A program made the position numbers and the translations under genes. Below the pieces are notes generated by a model. The model had not been told where the DNA came from and made no database searches. It worked only from the letters and a program-made list of their open reading frames with translations. A stretch of DNA of 64,000 nt from Blepharisma stoltei ATCC 30299 (lineage: Eukaryota; Protista; Ciliophora), in assembly GCA_965603825.1 (NCBI GenBank), contig CBFDEM010000062.1, positions 620,001 through 684,000 of the forward strand, written 5' to 3'. Shown piece after piece: positions 35,023 to 45,506 of the stretch (position 1 is the first letter of the stretch; the number at the start of each line of letters is the position of its first letter).

Positions 35023-37332
35023 ATGGACGAGGACCAAACAAAGTGCTTAGAAGACGCTATTTCAGTAGTCAAAGACGAGTCATATCATATGCAGAGGGCG
35101 CTTGATTCCAATAATCTTAACGAAGCTTTAAAGCATGCTTCTAATATGATTGGCGAACTCCGCACTTCACTATTGTCTCCTCGATCTTATTTTGAGCTCT
35201 ACATGCAAGTTTTCGATCAGTTAAGCAGGATAGAGGCATACTTCCGAGAAGAGTCCAGAAGGGGGACAAGGATTGTGGAGCTTTATGAGAAAGTCCAGCA
35301 TACCATCAGCATTCTCCCTAGACTTTACTTGCTAATCACGGTAGGATCAGTTTATATACAGACCAAAGAACTTCCAGCAAAAGATGTGCTGAAAGACTTG
35401 ATAGAAATGGTTAAAGGAGTCCAGCATCCTCTCAGAGGGTTATTTTTAAGATATTACCTCAACAAGGTCTGCAAGGACAAACTCCCTGACAAAGGCTCAG
35501 ACTTTAGCGATGGAGATGTTACAGACTCAATTGACTTTTTGATACAGAATTTGTCTGAGATGAACCGTCTTTGGATCAGAATGCAGCACACAGGGTCTGT
35601 GAAAGATAAGAATAAAAGGGAAAAAGAAAGAAATGACTTAAGAGTTACTGTAGGAGAAAATATCAACAGATTATCAAGTTTACAAGGAGTTAATATTGAC
35701 CTTTACCAAGAATTAGTGATGCCTAAAATAATGGAAATTGTGGTATCAAATAAAGACGCGATTTCTCAGCAATATTTAATGGACTGTGTTATTCAAGCGT
35801 TTTCTGATGATTACCATTTACAGACACTTCAGCTGCTCCTTGAAACTTGTAGCAATTTACAGCCAACAGTTGACATTCAGTCAATTGTGATAACCCTTTT
35901 GAATAGGCTTTCAGACTATGCTGGAGAAGCTGAGCTTGATGTTTTGCAGAATATTGATGTTTTTGGACTAGTAAAAGCTTATATTGATAAAGTGATATCC
36001 GAACAAGAAAGCTCCCTGGATACTAAAAAACTGCTATTGTTAGAAGTCGCTTTTATGAAGCTTTCACTGAAATGCTACCCATTAGATACAAATAACGTTA
36101 ACACCATATTGGAATCTTGTGTTTCCCTAATGGACAAAAGTACTCCAGAAAACCGGTCACATCCAGAATCGCTTAAATCGATCGTGAAGCTCTTGTCATT
36201 CCCATTGGAAACTTTATCCTTCGCAATTTTGACTATGAATAATTATCCAAAATTGATGACTTACCTACCTTTTTCTTCAAGAAAGCAAGTAGCATTCAAA
36301 ATCGTCCAATCAGTTGTAGTAAGCAAGAAATTCCTTGACACACTGGAGACAACTACACAGTTACTTGAATTTGTCTCGCCGTTACTTTATGATACAAGTG
36401 ACTCAGAAGAAGGATTTGATGCTTATGAGTTCGAAGATGAACAAAATAACATGGCAAAACTGGCACATCTAGTAAAATCAACTGACCTAGATACTCAATA
36501 TAAAATTTTAAGCCTTCTTAAGCAAAGGTTTTCACAAGGTGGGGATAAAAGAATCAAATATACTTTCCCAGCCTTGATTTTTGCTTTTATTAATTTCGCT
36601 AGACTTCTGAATGCTTCTGAGGAAAGCTGGAATACTAAACTTGAACAAGTTTTAGAGGTCTTAGCTGAGCTTGTGAGCAAAACTTCAGAAAATAACCCAG
36701 ATCTTGCATTAAAACTGAATTTGCAATGTCTGCAACTCATAAACCAATTCCAAAACAAAAAGTTCCAGCACACTGCTTTAGAGTTTGTAGAGCAAGCCTT
36801 TTATGTCTATAAAGAAGAGCTTGCTGACTCATACGCAAAACACGCTGCAATTAACTTAATTTGTGCAACTTTAGTAACTTTGAACTGTTTTGATGACGAA
36901 ACTTCTGATTCGCTCGTGAAGTTATGCACCCAACAGTCATTAAGACAGCTGAAAAAGCAAGACCAATGTTTAGGACTGTGCTTATGCACTCATTTATTCT
37001 ATAATGAATTCAGCCAAAACGAAAGAATAGTAAGTGACTGCTTAGGAAAAGCTGCAAAAATTGCTGAAATCTGCATTACTCATAAGAATTCTGTTAATTT
37101 ATATGTGACATTGGTCAATAAGTTCCTTTATTATATGCTGCAAGGTGTTAGCACATTAGAAGAAGATACTGTGAACCAGCTTCTCCAAGCTACTAAAGAA
37201 GGTATTGCGACTGCAGAAAAAGAAGGAGACAGCAGAGTTAATGTTAAAGAGCTAAAATCGTACTTAAGAGCTACCTTAAACTACATTAAAGCAAGACAGC
37301 AAGAAGGAAAGCTAAGCGGAGTCTCAGTTTAA
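35023..37332 (+). CDS. VPS35: Retromer subunit VPS35
   Basis: ELRTSLLSP..Y.ELYM, PRLYLLITVG, GVQHPLRGLFLRYYL and EMNRLWIRMQH. Confidence 0.97.
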   Translation: MDEDQTKCLEDAISVVKDESYHMQRALDSNNLNEALKHASNMIGELRTSLLSPRSYFELYMQVFDQLSRIEAYFREESRRGTRIVELYEKVQHTISILPRLYLLITVGSVYIQTKELPAKDVLKDLIEMVKGVQHPLRGLFLRYYLNKVCKDKLPDKGSDFSDGDVTDSIDFLIQNLSEMNRLWIRMQHTGSVKDKNKREKERNDLRVTVGENINRLSSLQGVNIDLYQELVMPKIMEIVVSNKDAISQQYLMDCVIQAFSDDYHLQTLQLLLETCSNLQPTVDIQSIVITLLNRLSDYAGEAELDVLQNIDVFGLVKAYIDKVISEQESSLDTKKLLLLEVAFMKLSLKCYPLDTNNVNTILESCVSLMDKSTPENRSHPESLKSIVKLLSFPLETLSFAILTMNNYPKLMTYLPFSSRKQVAFKIVQSVVVSKKFLDTLETTTQLLEFVSPLLYDTSDSEEGFDAYEFEDEQNNMAKLAHLVKSTDLDTQYKILSLLKQRFSQGGDKRIKYTFPALIFAFINFARLLNASEESWNTKLEQVLEVLAELVSKTSENNPDLALKLNLQCLQLINQFQNKKFQHTALEFVEQAFYVYKEELADSYAKHAAINLICATLVTLNCFDDETSDSLVKLCTQQSLRQLKKQDQCLGLCLCTHLFYNEFSQNERIVSDCLGKAAKIAEICITHKNSVNLYVTLVNKFLYYMLQGVSTLEEDTVNQLLQATKEGIATAEKEGDSRVNVKELKSYLRATLNYIKARQQEGKLSGVSV

Positions 37333-37568
37333 TAGTAATAATATTAGCCTGCCTTAAAGCTCTTCAATTTATTTGTATAATAAATCTTTTTGGATTTCGG
37401 AGTTTTATGTTTCTGATTTTATTTGTTTACAGTATTATATATGCGTTTAGAAATTCAAATGGACCATGACTAATTAAAATCTAAAAATTACCAAATTTGA
37501 CTGATGCTTCTATCGTTTATAAAATACTAGATAATTTTTAAAATTTATGATTAAAATTGATGTAAATT

Positions 37569-38723
37569 CTAAATAATACTCTCATTGTTCATCATACTAA
37601 AAGACTTGCTATACTTCGCACTGATAGAGCTTATTTCAGATTTTGATTCTACAAGCTCTTCCCTGAATAGCTCCGTGAAGTTAAAGTTTGATCCTTTTAT
37701 TTTGCTCAGTTTTGCTTCAAGTTTCGGGTCAGGGATTGGCGGTACTCTATTTTTGCTCAAAGAGTACTTATCATCAATTTTCCCTTTATTTACTGAAAAT
37801 CCATCTTCCTGCAGCTTTTCTTCCAAATAATTAATAATTGATTTATCCTCCAAGACCAATAAAGTTTCTTCAAATTCATAAGTATAATCCACCCCAATCA
37901 CCTCTACCAAATATTTTATGCAATCTTTGAATTTTTTTTGCTTTCGCTTTTTTGACCAGACTGCTGCGATCTGAATAGCATTTTCTTTTCTCTTATTGAG
38001 AATATGAAAATCCACATGGCAAACTTCATATAAATATCGTATGATATCAAGATTTCCAGTCCTACACGCAATTAGGCCACAGTTTTCTCCGGTGGTTTCA
38101 TCTAAATAGCTAACGGAGAATTCTGAGTTTTCTGGTTTATCTTTGAAATACTCATAGACATAGCGAAGCATAGAAAACTTCCCTTTGTCTACAATCCTTT
38201 GCACTGGTGTCATAGTGCTATAAGGAACCACAAGTTTGCTCTTATCTTGGGTGTGAGATTTGGTGGTTTTTGATTTAGCAAAAATGGAAAGCTCTTCGCT
38301 TTCTTCTTCATTATTGGCATCATCGTTAACTTCTTCGTTTTTAAGGTAAAGTGGGAGATAATATTCAAATAAAGCAAAATGCCCAAGCTCACAAATTACA
38401 TCTATTGGCCGCTTTCCCAGTTGCAAATATAGACGGTTCATAGCTGAAAATTTGGCTTTGGCCTCTTGGACAAGATATTTAAAAATATCTGTCGCGCCTA
38501 AGTATAAAGCATAGCCGAGAGCATTCATGTCACATTGATTTATTTTGAAGATGGGATCGTTTATGTTTATAACTGGCTCTTTATAAGGACTTTTGCCTTT
38601 TAAATACTTTACAGTCACGTCTTTTACCTTGTCAAGCGACTGGCGATCAATAGCAAGGGCTAATTTTCCAGTAACATATTTTGCGAGGTTCACATGTTTT
38701 TGACTTGTGCAGCAAGCGCCCAT
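37569..38723 (-). CDS. Ankyrin-repeat protein with N-terminal MGACC dual-acylation motif
   Basis: Ankyrin-like NALGYALYLG..IFKYLV, GENCGLIAC..GNLDIIRYL and ENAIQIAA; first in-frame ATG at 38723. Confidence 0.75.
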   Translation of the reverse strand: MGACCTSQKHVNLAKYVTGKLALAIDRQSLDKVKDVTVKYLKGKSPYKEPVININDPIFKINQCDMNALGYALYLGATDIFKYLVQEAKAKFSAMNRLYLQLGKRPIDVICELGHFALFEYYLPLYLKNEEVNDDANNEEESEELSIFAKSKTTKSHTQDKSKLVVPYSTMTPVQRIVDKGKFSMLRYVYEYFKDKPENSEFSVSYLDETTGENCGLIACRTGNLDIIRYLYEVCHVDFHILNKRKENAIQIAAVWSKKRKQKKFKDCIKYLVEVIGVDYTYEFEETLLVLEDKSIINYLEEKLQEDGFSVNKGKIDDKYSLSKNRVPPIPDPKLEAKLSKIKGSNFNFTELFREELVESKSEISSISAKYSKSFSMMNNESII

Positions 38724-39251
38724 GGTTATTTTTATAATCAAATCATTGATAAAATTAAATCAAATTTTCTACAGGTTGCATGCAAAATTTAAATTAAATC
38801 TATCAGAAACCTAAAAAAATTCAATTTAATGATGAATTATTAATCATCAAAAAAACCAGGTAAGCCGAATTTTCTCTTAAATCTAGTTTATTATGCAAAG
38901 GATTACTTTAGATTTCAAAGTGAAGACTAGGCATGAATTCTTGAGATGATAGCTTATTTCTTTGATAAAGTGAATTCAAGATTGATAAATTATAGATAAA
39001 ATATATATGATCATCACTTTTATCATTGAAATTTAGCTTGAAGCTCAGCTTATTAAGCTAAGATCAATGTTTTAATTTTATTATTAATCAATCTAATATG
39101 CACTAATTATATCAATTTCTCTAATCAAATCTTAAAAATAATAAAGGTAGACAGCTTAGAATCTATAGTAATAGTATGCACAAGATCAGCATCTCAAAAT
39201 TCGTTTTTAAAAGATCCAAACGCCAAATTTAGTATTTATTTTAAAGTTATT

Positions 39252-41828
39252 ATGAGAATTTCCAAAAAGGATATCTCTTTTGGGTTTTTTATACCAAGTG
39301 CATCAAAGCCAGTTTCTGTAGCAGCACATCCAGTTCATCCTTGACTCTTATTAGCTGAAGAAAATAGAGTAATTTATTTATGAGATTATTTACAAAAATC
39401 AGTCCTTAAGGTATATTCTTCTATTGAGCTTGATGAAGAAGTATTCGGAGGGCCGCTTAGAGATGTCAAATTCTTTGATAAGCATGTGCTCAGATGGAAA
39501 TGGCTAAATAAAAACACAAATATTACAATAGAAGCTTTCCAAGGTAAAGGAGGAAGATGCAATTGAATTGTAGTTGTGATGGAGAATAAAATCGGATTTT
39601 TTGATTATATTTCAGGAGCAACATCAACGATTCTTCAAAGTCAGTTGGATTTTCGCGCTTTGAATTGTGTAGAAATTATAGATTCTAGCTATTTAGCAAT
39701 TGGCTGTGGGGATGGAAGCATAAAAATCTGGGATTGCCAAGAATGGGAGCTTGTGAAAACTTTTCCGAAAGGGACACACACAAGAGGTATTACTAAACTG
39801 CTAAGTTTCTCAAAAAACTTGAGAGAAAGGCCTATTTTGCTTAGTGGGAGCTCAGATGGAATTTTGGCTGTTTGAAATGTGGATACTTGTACAGACGCCC
39901 CAGCATTTAGAATTCCATCAGGCTTGTCAGCAGCTCATAGTGGCTCTATTGCATCTCTATCATTAAATCCTGGATTAATGCAACTAGTCAGCGTTGGTAG
40001 CGAAAAAACACTTGCAATTTGAAATGTTGCGACTTCAACTGAAATTGCAAGATATAAAAATATGAAAGATGGCAATAAAAAGAAAGTCCTTGGCTCTGTT
40101 TTTTCCCAGCATCCTCTATTTCCTCAGTCAATGACTTTTTGCCATTCTGGTGGATCACAAATTTTAGCTATAGACACAACAATGCATAATCTGCCTAAAG
40201 ACCAGAGAGAATTTAATATTTTAATTGATCTTGCAGTTATAATTCCTGGAACTCATAAAATTCTGGAAATCAAAATTCATGAGCTGCAGCCATATTTGTT
40301 ATTTGTGGTAACTCAGAGTGGTGTTTATACTTTATATTATGAAAGATTCACTGTTCCTACATTTGGCTGGTCTCCTTTATTTAATACAAATATCATACCA
40401 GAAAGCATGACTTCATCTGTCCCAAGCCATTTTTTTTATTGTTTTAAAGACGATTGCTTACAAAGCGCAGTTTTTGCTATGAATGAAGACAATACAATGT
40501 CAACTCAGTTCCATAGGCTTGAAACCTCTTCAAGAATAATTGGAAGCTCAATAGAACTTACTGTCTCACCATCAGGGAATTTTCTGGCAGCTTTGTCGAA
40601 GCAGACTGGCTTGTATGATATTTTTTTTATAGGCTCAGAAGGCATTAATCCAATGGGAATTCCTGAGAGAGTAAAATCTGGATATACAACTCAGCTTGTA
40701 TGGCATTCTAAGTATGATAGATTTGCTGTGATCTGCCCTATAAATGAAGACGACACAATTGGCTCTTTTTCTTCTATTGTATCCAAAATTCTTCTTCTTG
40801 TCTATGAAGTTTCCAAAGGCAGAGTATCGCTCATTTATAGGGGTGATGAAATGCCAAACCCTTCTGGAATTTTTGGAGGCAGCTTATTAGGTATCACTTA
40901 TACTATAGAAAATTCTCCCTCAACCTGCTTTTACTCCTGGGAAAGCTTAAAACAGATTGGGGAGCCTTTTCCTGAGCCTCACTACATTTTTTGGTCTGAC
41001 AACTATTGCATTATTGCTTATAAAACAGAATTTTACTTTTACAAAAACTACCCTGAGTTTACCTTTTTGTGAAGGATAAACCATATAATCCGGACAGGGT
41101 TTTGGTGTTATTCAGTGTTTTTTTATTCAACAGATACAGATGTGTATTGGATCTTGCCTTGTTTAAAAACTCCTTTTCTCTTGGCTTCACATGGACTTGA
41201 TATAAACCAAGAATTGAGTTTTCAAAGTGAGGTTGTTAACCTTAAAGAGGATAAAGAAATTTCGGAGCTTTATAGGAAACCTCATGAATGCTGCTCAATT
41301 TTGGCCGTTTTTCAAGGAAGTTTATTGATGGTAAACAGCTCTTATCAATTATTCATTATTCCTCTGACATCTATTTTCTTAAGATTTTGCATGCTTGTAG
41401 GCTCAGGGCTAGCTGCTGAGGCGTTTCCACTTACATTTAAGATGCACGAAATGCTGCAGCCGAAAATTGCTTTGTGCTTAGAAAGTCTAGGACTTCCAGA
41501 GGCTGCTTTAGATTTGCCTTCTTTATCATATAAACAAAAAATCGAAATTTCAATGAAAAATAACATTCCTATAGTGCTTGTGATTTATATTTAGGACAAA
41601 AAAATAATTGAAAATAAACAAATTGTTAAAGAAATGCTGCAAAAATCGAAAGATCCAGAGTTTTTGATGAAATTGTACTCGTTTCTGATTGATAAAGAAT
41701 GCTATGAAGAAGCTCTTTTAGTGGCTTCTGCATTGAAGCAGCCAGATTTAATCTTAAGCACTTTTATCAAAGCCAAAATGCTAGGCAGAGGAGTCATATT
41801 GGCAAAGCGACTAGAAAAACGAGAGTAA
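39252..41828 (+). CDS. WD40 protein resembling TSET/TPLATE complex subunit TWD40-2 (TTRAY)
   Basis: About 853 aa after reading six TGA as Trp and removing intron 41580..41594. Motifs HPVHP-W-LL, GGPLRDVKFFD..V..W, VVMENKIGFFD, QLDFRALNCVE and LLSGSSDGILAV-W. Confidence 0.75.
41580..41594 (+). other. 15-nt spliceosomal intron
   Basis: gtgatttatatttag; removes a TAG and joins to ORF 41634..41828. Confidence 0.82.
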
Positions 41829-41954
41829 TAAATATTTAGACTTGCCCAAAGATTAGAGCAAGAACTTCTTTCTGAATTTCCAGCAAAATAATTATCACAT
41901 TCAATTTAATGAGAAAAATTATGATAATCATCAATTTTTTTAAAATTGGGCAAA

Positions 41955-42755
41955 TTAGCTGCCTGTTAAAAATTCTTTTATTTTGTTTTGTACTTCTTTT
42001 GGCTTTTCTGCATGTAAAAAATGCCCAGCACCGACTACTGATTGAATTCGTGTATTTGGCATTATCTGTGTATAAAAATCAATCAGCTTTATTTTGTCTG
42101 TGAGTAATGGATTCCTTATTGTATGTTTAGAATTTCCCCCAGAAAGTGCTAGAACTTCACCTGTAAACCTACCATCAGGATTTACCCATCCAGCAATGTC
42201 ATCTAAGCCTTGAAGTAAATTATCTAATCCTATTCTCCAGATATAATGATCTTCCTTCTCCATCTTCATATTTGAAGACAATAACGCAGTAATATGATGA
42301 TCATGGAAATGGTCATCTATTTCTTTTTCTATTTGCTTTCTAGATTTCCCTTCTAAGTGCAACGATTTCATGTACTCTAGATATTGCCTTAGCTCTGGGA
42401 ATCGCTGATTCATCATAAAGGTATAAGAAATAGGGGCTACATCAAGAATGCAAACTTTTTCAAATCTTTCAGGTCTGGTGCAGCAAGCGTACATAGCTGT
42501 TTTTCCTCCCATTGAGTGCCCTATCACAGATGCTCTTGGGATATTGTGCTTATCCATAAATCGAAATAGATCATCAGAAAGTATTTTATATGTCATACCT
42601 GGCTGATGAAAACTCCTTCCATGGTTTCTTGCATCTAATAGAAAATGGTTTCCATCGATTCCTTTGGCTATGCTGCTCAAATTTAAAGCATTTCCAAGCA
42701 GCCCATGAAGCCATAGCACTGGCTTGCCAGACCCAAAGTTGAAAAAGTTGACCAT
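41955..42755 (-). CDS. Alpha/beta hydrolase, ABHD11/YbfF-like
   Basis: LHGLLG, DARNHGRS, GHSMGGK, DVAP and AGHFLHAE. Confidence 0.9.
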   Translation of the reverse strand: MVNFFNFGSGKPVLWLHGLLGNALNLSSIAKGIDGNHFLLDARNHGRSFHQPGMTYKILSDDLFRFMDKHNIPRASVIGHSMGGKTAMYACCTRPERFEKVCILDVAPISYTFMMNQRFPELRQYLEYMKSLHLEGKSRKQIEKEIDDHFHDHHITALLSSNMKMEKEDHYIWRIGLDNLLQGLDDIAGWVNPDGRFTGEVLALSGGNSKHTIRNPLLTDKIKLIDFYTQIMPNTRIQSVVGAGHFLHAEKPKEVQNKIKEFLTGS

Positions 42756-42837
42756 TTTTGTATATATATATATGAAATTTTAATAATATCCCAATAGTTT
42801 ATTTAATATTGATAAATTAGTTATATTTAAATGCTAT

Positions 42838-42897
42838 AAGAAAAACTCTCCAGCCATCACATAAATTTTTGCAATGACTTTCACTTAGTCTATTCTT
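42838..42897 (-). promoter_or_regulatory. SECIS element in the 3' UTR of the glutathione peroxidase
   Basis: Minus strand reads AAGAAUAGACU-AA-GUGAA-AGUCAUUGC-AAAAAUUUAU-GUGAUGGCU-GGAG-AGUUUUUCUU. This gives helix I, a UGAN/NGAN core, a fully paired 9-bp helix II and an apical loop starting with AAA. Confidence 0.85.
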
Positions 42898-43401
42898 TTA
42901 AAGCAATCTTTCAATGTCTTGCACGATCTTTCTTGGTTCTGTTCTTGGTCCATAATATTGGAATACATTTCCTTGTCTATCAACTAAAAATTTGCCAAAA
43001 TTCCAACCAATTTTACTTCCTCTAAGTCTGCAGCTGAGTCTTAAAAATTTATAGAGATCGCATGCTTCTTTTCCGTTTACCTTAATTTTTGCGAAAACGT
43101 CAAATTTAGCACCGATTCCTCTGACAAAGCTCTTAATTTCTTCATGAGTCCCTGGCTCTTGGCCAAAGAATTGGTTACAAGGGAACGCAAGAACGCTTAA
43201 ACCACGCTCTCTATAGTTGTTATCAAGCTCCATAAGTTGATCATAATTTTTTGTGGTAAGCCCTCACTCACATGCAACATTGACGACCAGCATGACCTTG
43301 TTTTGGTACTTAGACATACTGATATCTTGCCCATCTATGTCTTTCACAACTATCTGGTAGATAGATTGGAAAGGCAAAGGGCCTTTAAGTTTATTGCCCA
43401 T
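42898..43401 (-). CDS. GPX: Selenocysteine-containing glutathione peroxidase (PHGPx/GPX4-like, 167 aa)
   Basis: MGNKL..KDIDG..KVMLVVNVACE-[TGA 43264-43266]-GLTTKNY, AFPCNQFFGQEPG and WNFGKFLVD. The TGA sits at the catalytic Sec/Cys position and a SECIS lies downstream. Confidence 0.93.
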
Positions 43402-43700
43402 ACACCGATTACCTCTCTTTTATTTATTAATCGCCATTGATTTCATTAAAATTTGTGTGATTGAAAATTTAATAATGAAATTCACCTATTTGAGATAGAT
43501 AAAACAGCAAGTTTTAAAATTATATAAAATATAAGGAATCTGGTTCCGAAGTTTAAAAATAAAATTCGATTTTTATTAGTTATAGGCCTTATTCATAAAC
43601 AATCACTTAAGTAACGATTTAGCTTTAATTCACATATGATTACTTATTATTTAAAAATTAATACCTATCTGAGACGATCTAATAATTATTTAATAACTGT

Positions 43701-44474
43701 TTAAAATATAGTGCATTTTTTCTTCTTTTTTTCTCGCTGAGCTGGGGCTGGAGGAAGAGTAACGTGAGGCGTCGTAGGAGCTGTTGGAGGAGGTGCTGTA
43801 TTTACTGTTGTAATCTTAGGCTGCTGCTCTTCTGAGTTTGCATAAGTGACAATTTCAGCTTTGATTACTTTTTGCGCACATTCTATATCAGCTGCAGAAA
43901 GGACAACTCCGCTTAAATCTGCTGCAATTCGGAAGAAGGAGTTATAAACTTGGTCCCCAGTCTTTGCGCTTACTAAGTAGGAGTATAGCCCATTTCGGTC
44001 AGCAAATGTGTTGTGCTTGTCGAGTTTTACAGCCTGCATGTGAAATAAGTCAGTTTTATTGCCAATCAGGCACATATAAGGTAAGTCAATTCCTTCAAAG
44101 GTTTTCTTTACCACTTGCAGCCATTCTTCTAAGTTAATAAATGATTGATAGTTCGTGATATCATAAACAAACACAACTGCATTGGCCCCGTATATATAAG
44201 TGCTTAGCATCTTGCTGCCAATGCTTTGACCTCCGATATCCCATATCTGAAGAGCGATGTGAATATTTCCAGGGAGTTCTAAACGTTTCACAAAGAAGTC
44301 AAGACCAATTGTTTGCTTGTAGCGAACTTGGAACTCTGCCTCATTCAGGCACATGCATAGTGATGTTTTGCCAACCGTACCATCACCCAAGATCACTACT
44401 TTATATTGGAGGAATTCTGGCTCTTCATCGCTATCAGATTCATCTAAGTTACTTTTTAATCCAGACAATGCCAT
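43701..44474 (-). CDS. RAB28: Rab28 GTPase
   Basis: Acidic N-terminus, GDGTVGKTS, YKQTIGLDFF, Rab28-type WDIGGQ, C-terminal CTIF; start taken at MALSG. Confidence 0.88.
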   Translation of the reverse strand: MALSGLKSNLDESDSDEEPEFLQYKVVILGDGTVGKTSLCMCLNEAEFQVRYKQTIGLDFFVKRLELPGNIHIALQIWDIGGQSIGSKMLSTYIYGANAVVFVYDITNYQSFINLEEWLQVVKKTFEGIDLPYMCLIGNKTDLFHMQAVKLDKHNTFADRNGLYSYLVSAKTGDQVYNSFFRIAADLSGVVLSAADIECAQKVIKAEIVTYANSEEQQPKITTVNTAPPPTAPTTPHVTLPPAPAQREKKKKKCTIF

Positions 44475-44750
44475 ATTATAACAACTAAAACATTGATTCA
44501 TGAATTTATCTGTTTATATCATAATCTGAATCAGCTAATTAGAATGCTGCTAGTTTTTTTGCTAAAAAACACTAAAAATAGATAAATAATTGTTTATGCT
44601 AAGGATGAGTCTATAAATCAGACTTTGGAAGGGAAATTTCTCAATTTTTTTAATTTAAATATTGCTGAGTTTATAAGAATTTACCTCAAAATTGAATTCT
44701 GCTACAAATGCAGAGCTAAGGATAAAAATTTAACAGTGATTAAATACAAT

Positions 44751-45449
44751 ATGGCCTTTGAAGAAGGAGAAGGCTTCAGCGAGATATTAAAAAGTATAAT
44801 ATATTTAGTCGTTCTCATTGGGGCAGCTAATGTTGGCAAAACAGCCCTTGTCTATCGTTATGTTTTAAACGAGCTTCCAGTCGCTCTTACGTCAACAATT
44901 GGAGTCGAGTTCACTAAAAGAGTTGTTACACACATGCCAACAGGCCAAAAAATACAACTGCATATATGAGATACAGCAGGCCAAGAACGTTTTAAAAGTG
45001 TAACAAAACATTATTATCGAGGAGCAGACGTGTGCATTATTGCTTATGATATATCGAATCGAGATTCATTTGAAGAAGTCCCAAACTGGCTAGCTGAGCT
45101 AAAAGACAATACCCCTGAAGAGTGCATCGTCTGCTTATTAGGCAACAAAATGGATCTAGAAGTAACAAATCATAGAAGAGTCACACGAGAAGAAGCTCTG
45201 AGATATGCTAATTCCCATGGACTTGTCTATCATGAAACTTCAGCATTCTGGGACAGAGAAGTGCAAATGAACCCTGATAACATCGTAGGAGGCATAGAAA
45301 AGATATTTGACAAAACAATAGGCACTGCTTTAGGGAGACACAGCCTTAAAGATGAGCCAAAAGAAGTTTTAAAAAACAATGAAAAAGGCGTGAAACTAGA
45401 TTTGCAGCAGCTTTACACGTATCATGCTGATACAAGATGTGGGTGCTAA
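44751..45449 (+). CDS. Divergent Rab GTPase
   Basis: GAANVGKT, TIGVEF, I-W-DTAGQE (W = TGA 44967-44969), NKMD, ETSA and C-terminal CGC; probable intron 44794..44808. Confidence 0.9.
44794..44808 (+). other. Probable in-frame, stop-free 15-nt intron
   Basis: gtataatatatttag; removing it gives the canonical Rab strand LKIVLIG. Confidence 0.75.
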
Positions 45450-45506
45450 TTATTAGAAAATTTTGATATAGGAGGTAAATTTATTTAAAATTCTAGTTAA
45501 TAAATC

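Noticed and set aside
39176-39246. Alternative upstream exon for the TWD40-like gene (ATG 39176 plus gtatttattttaaag)
   Set aside because: Splicing this 15-mer does not put ATG 39176 in frame with the CDS; at most it is a 5'-UTR intron
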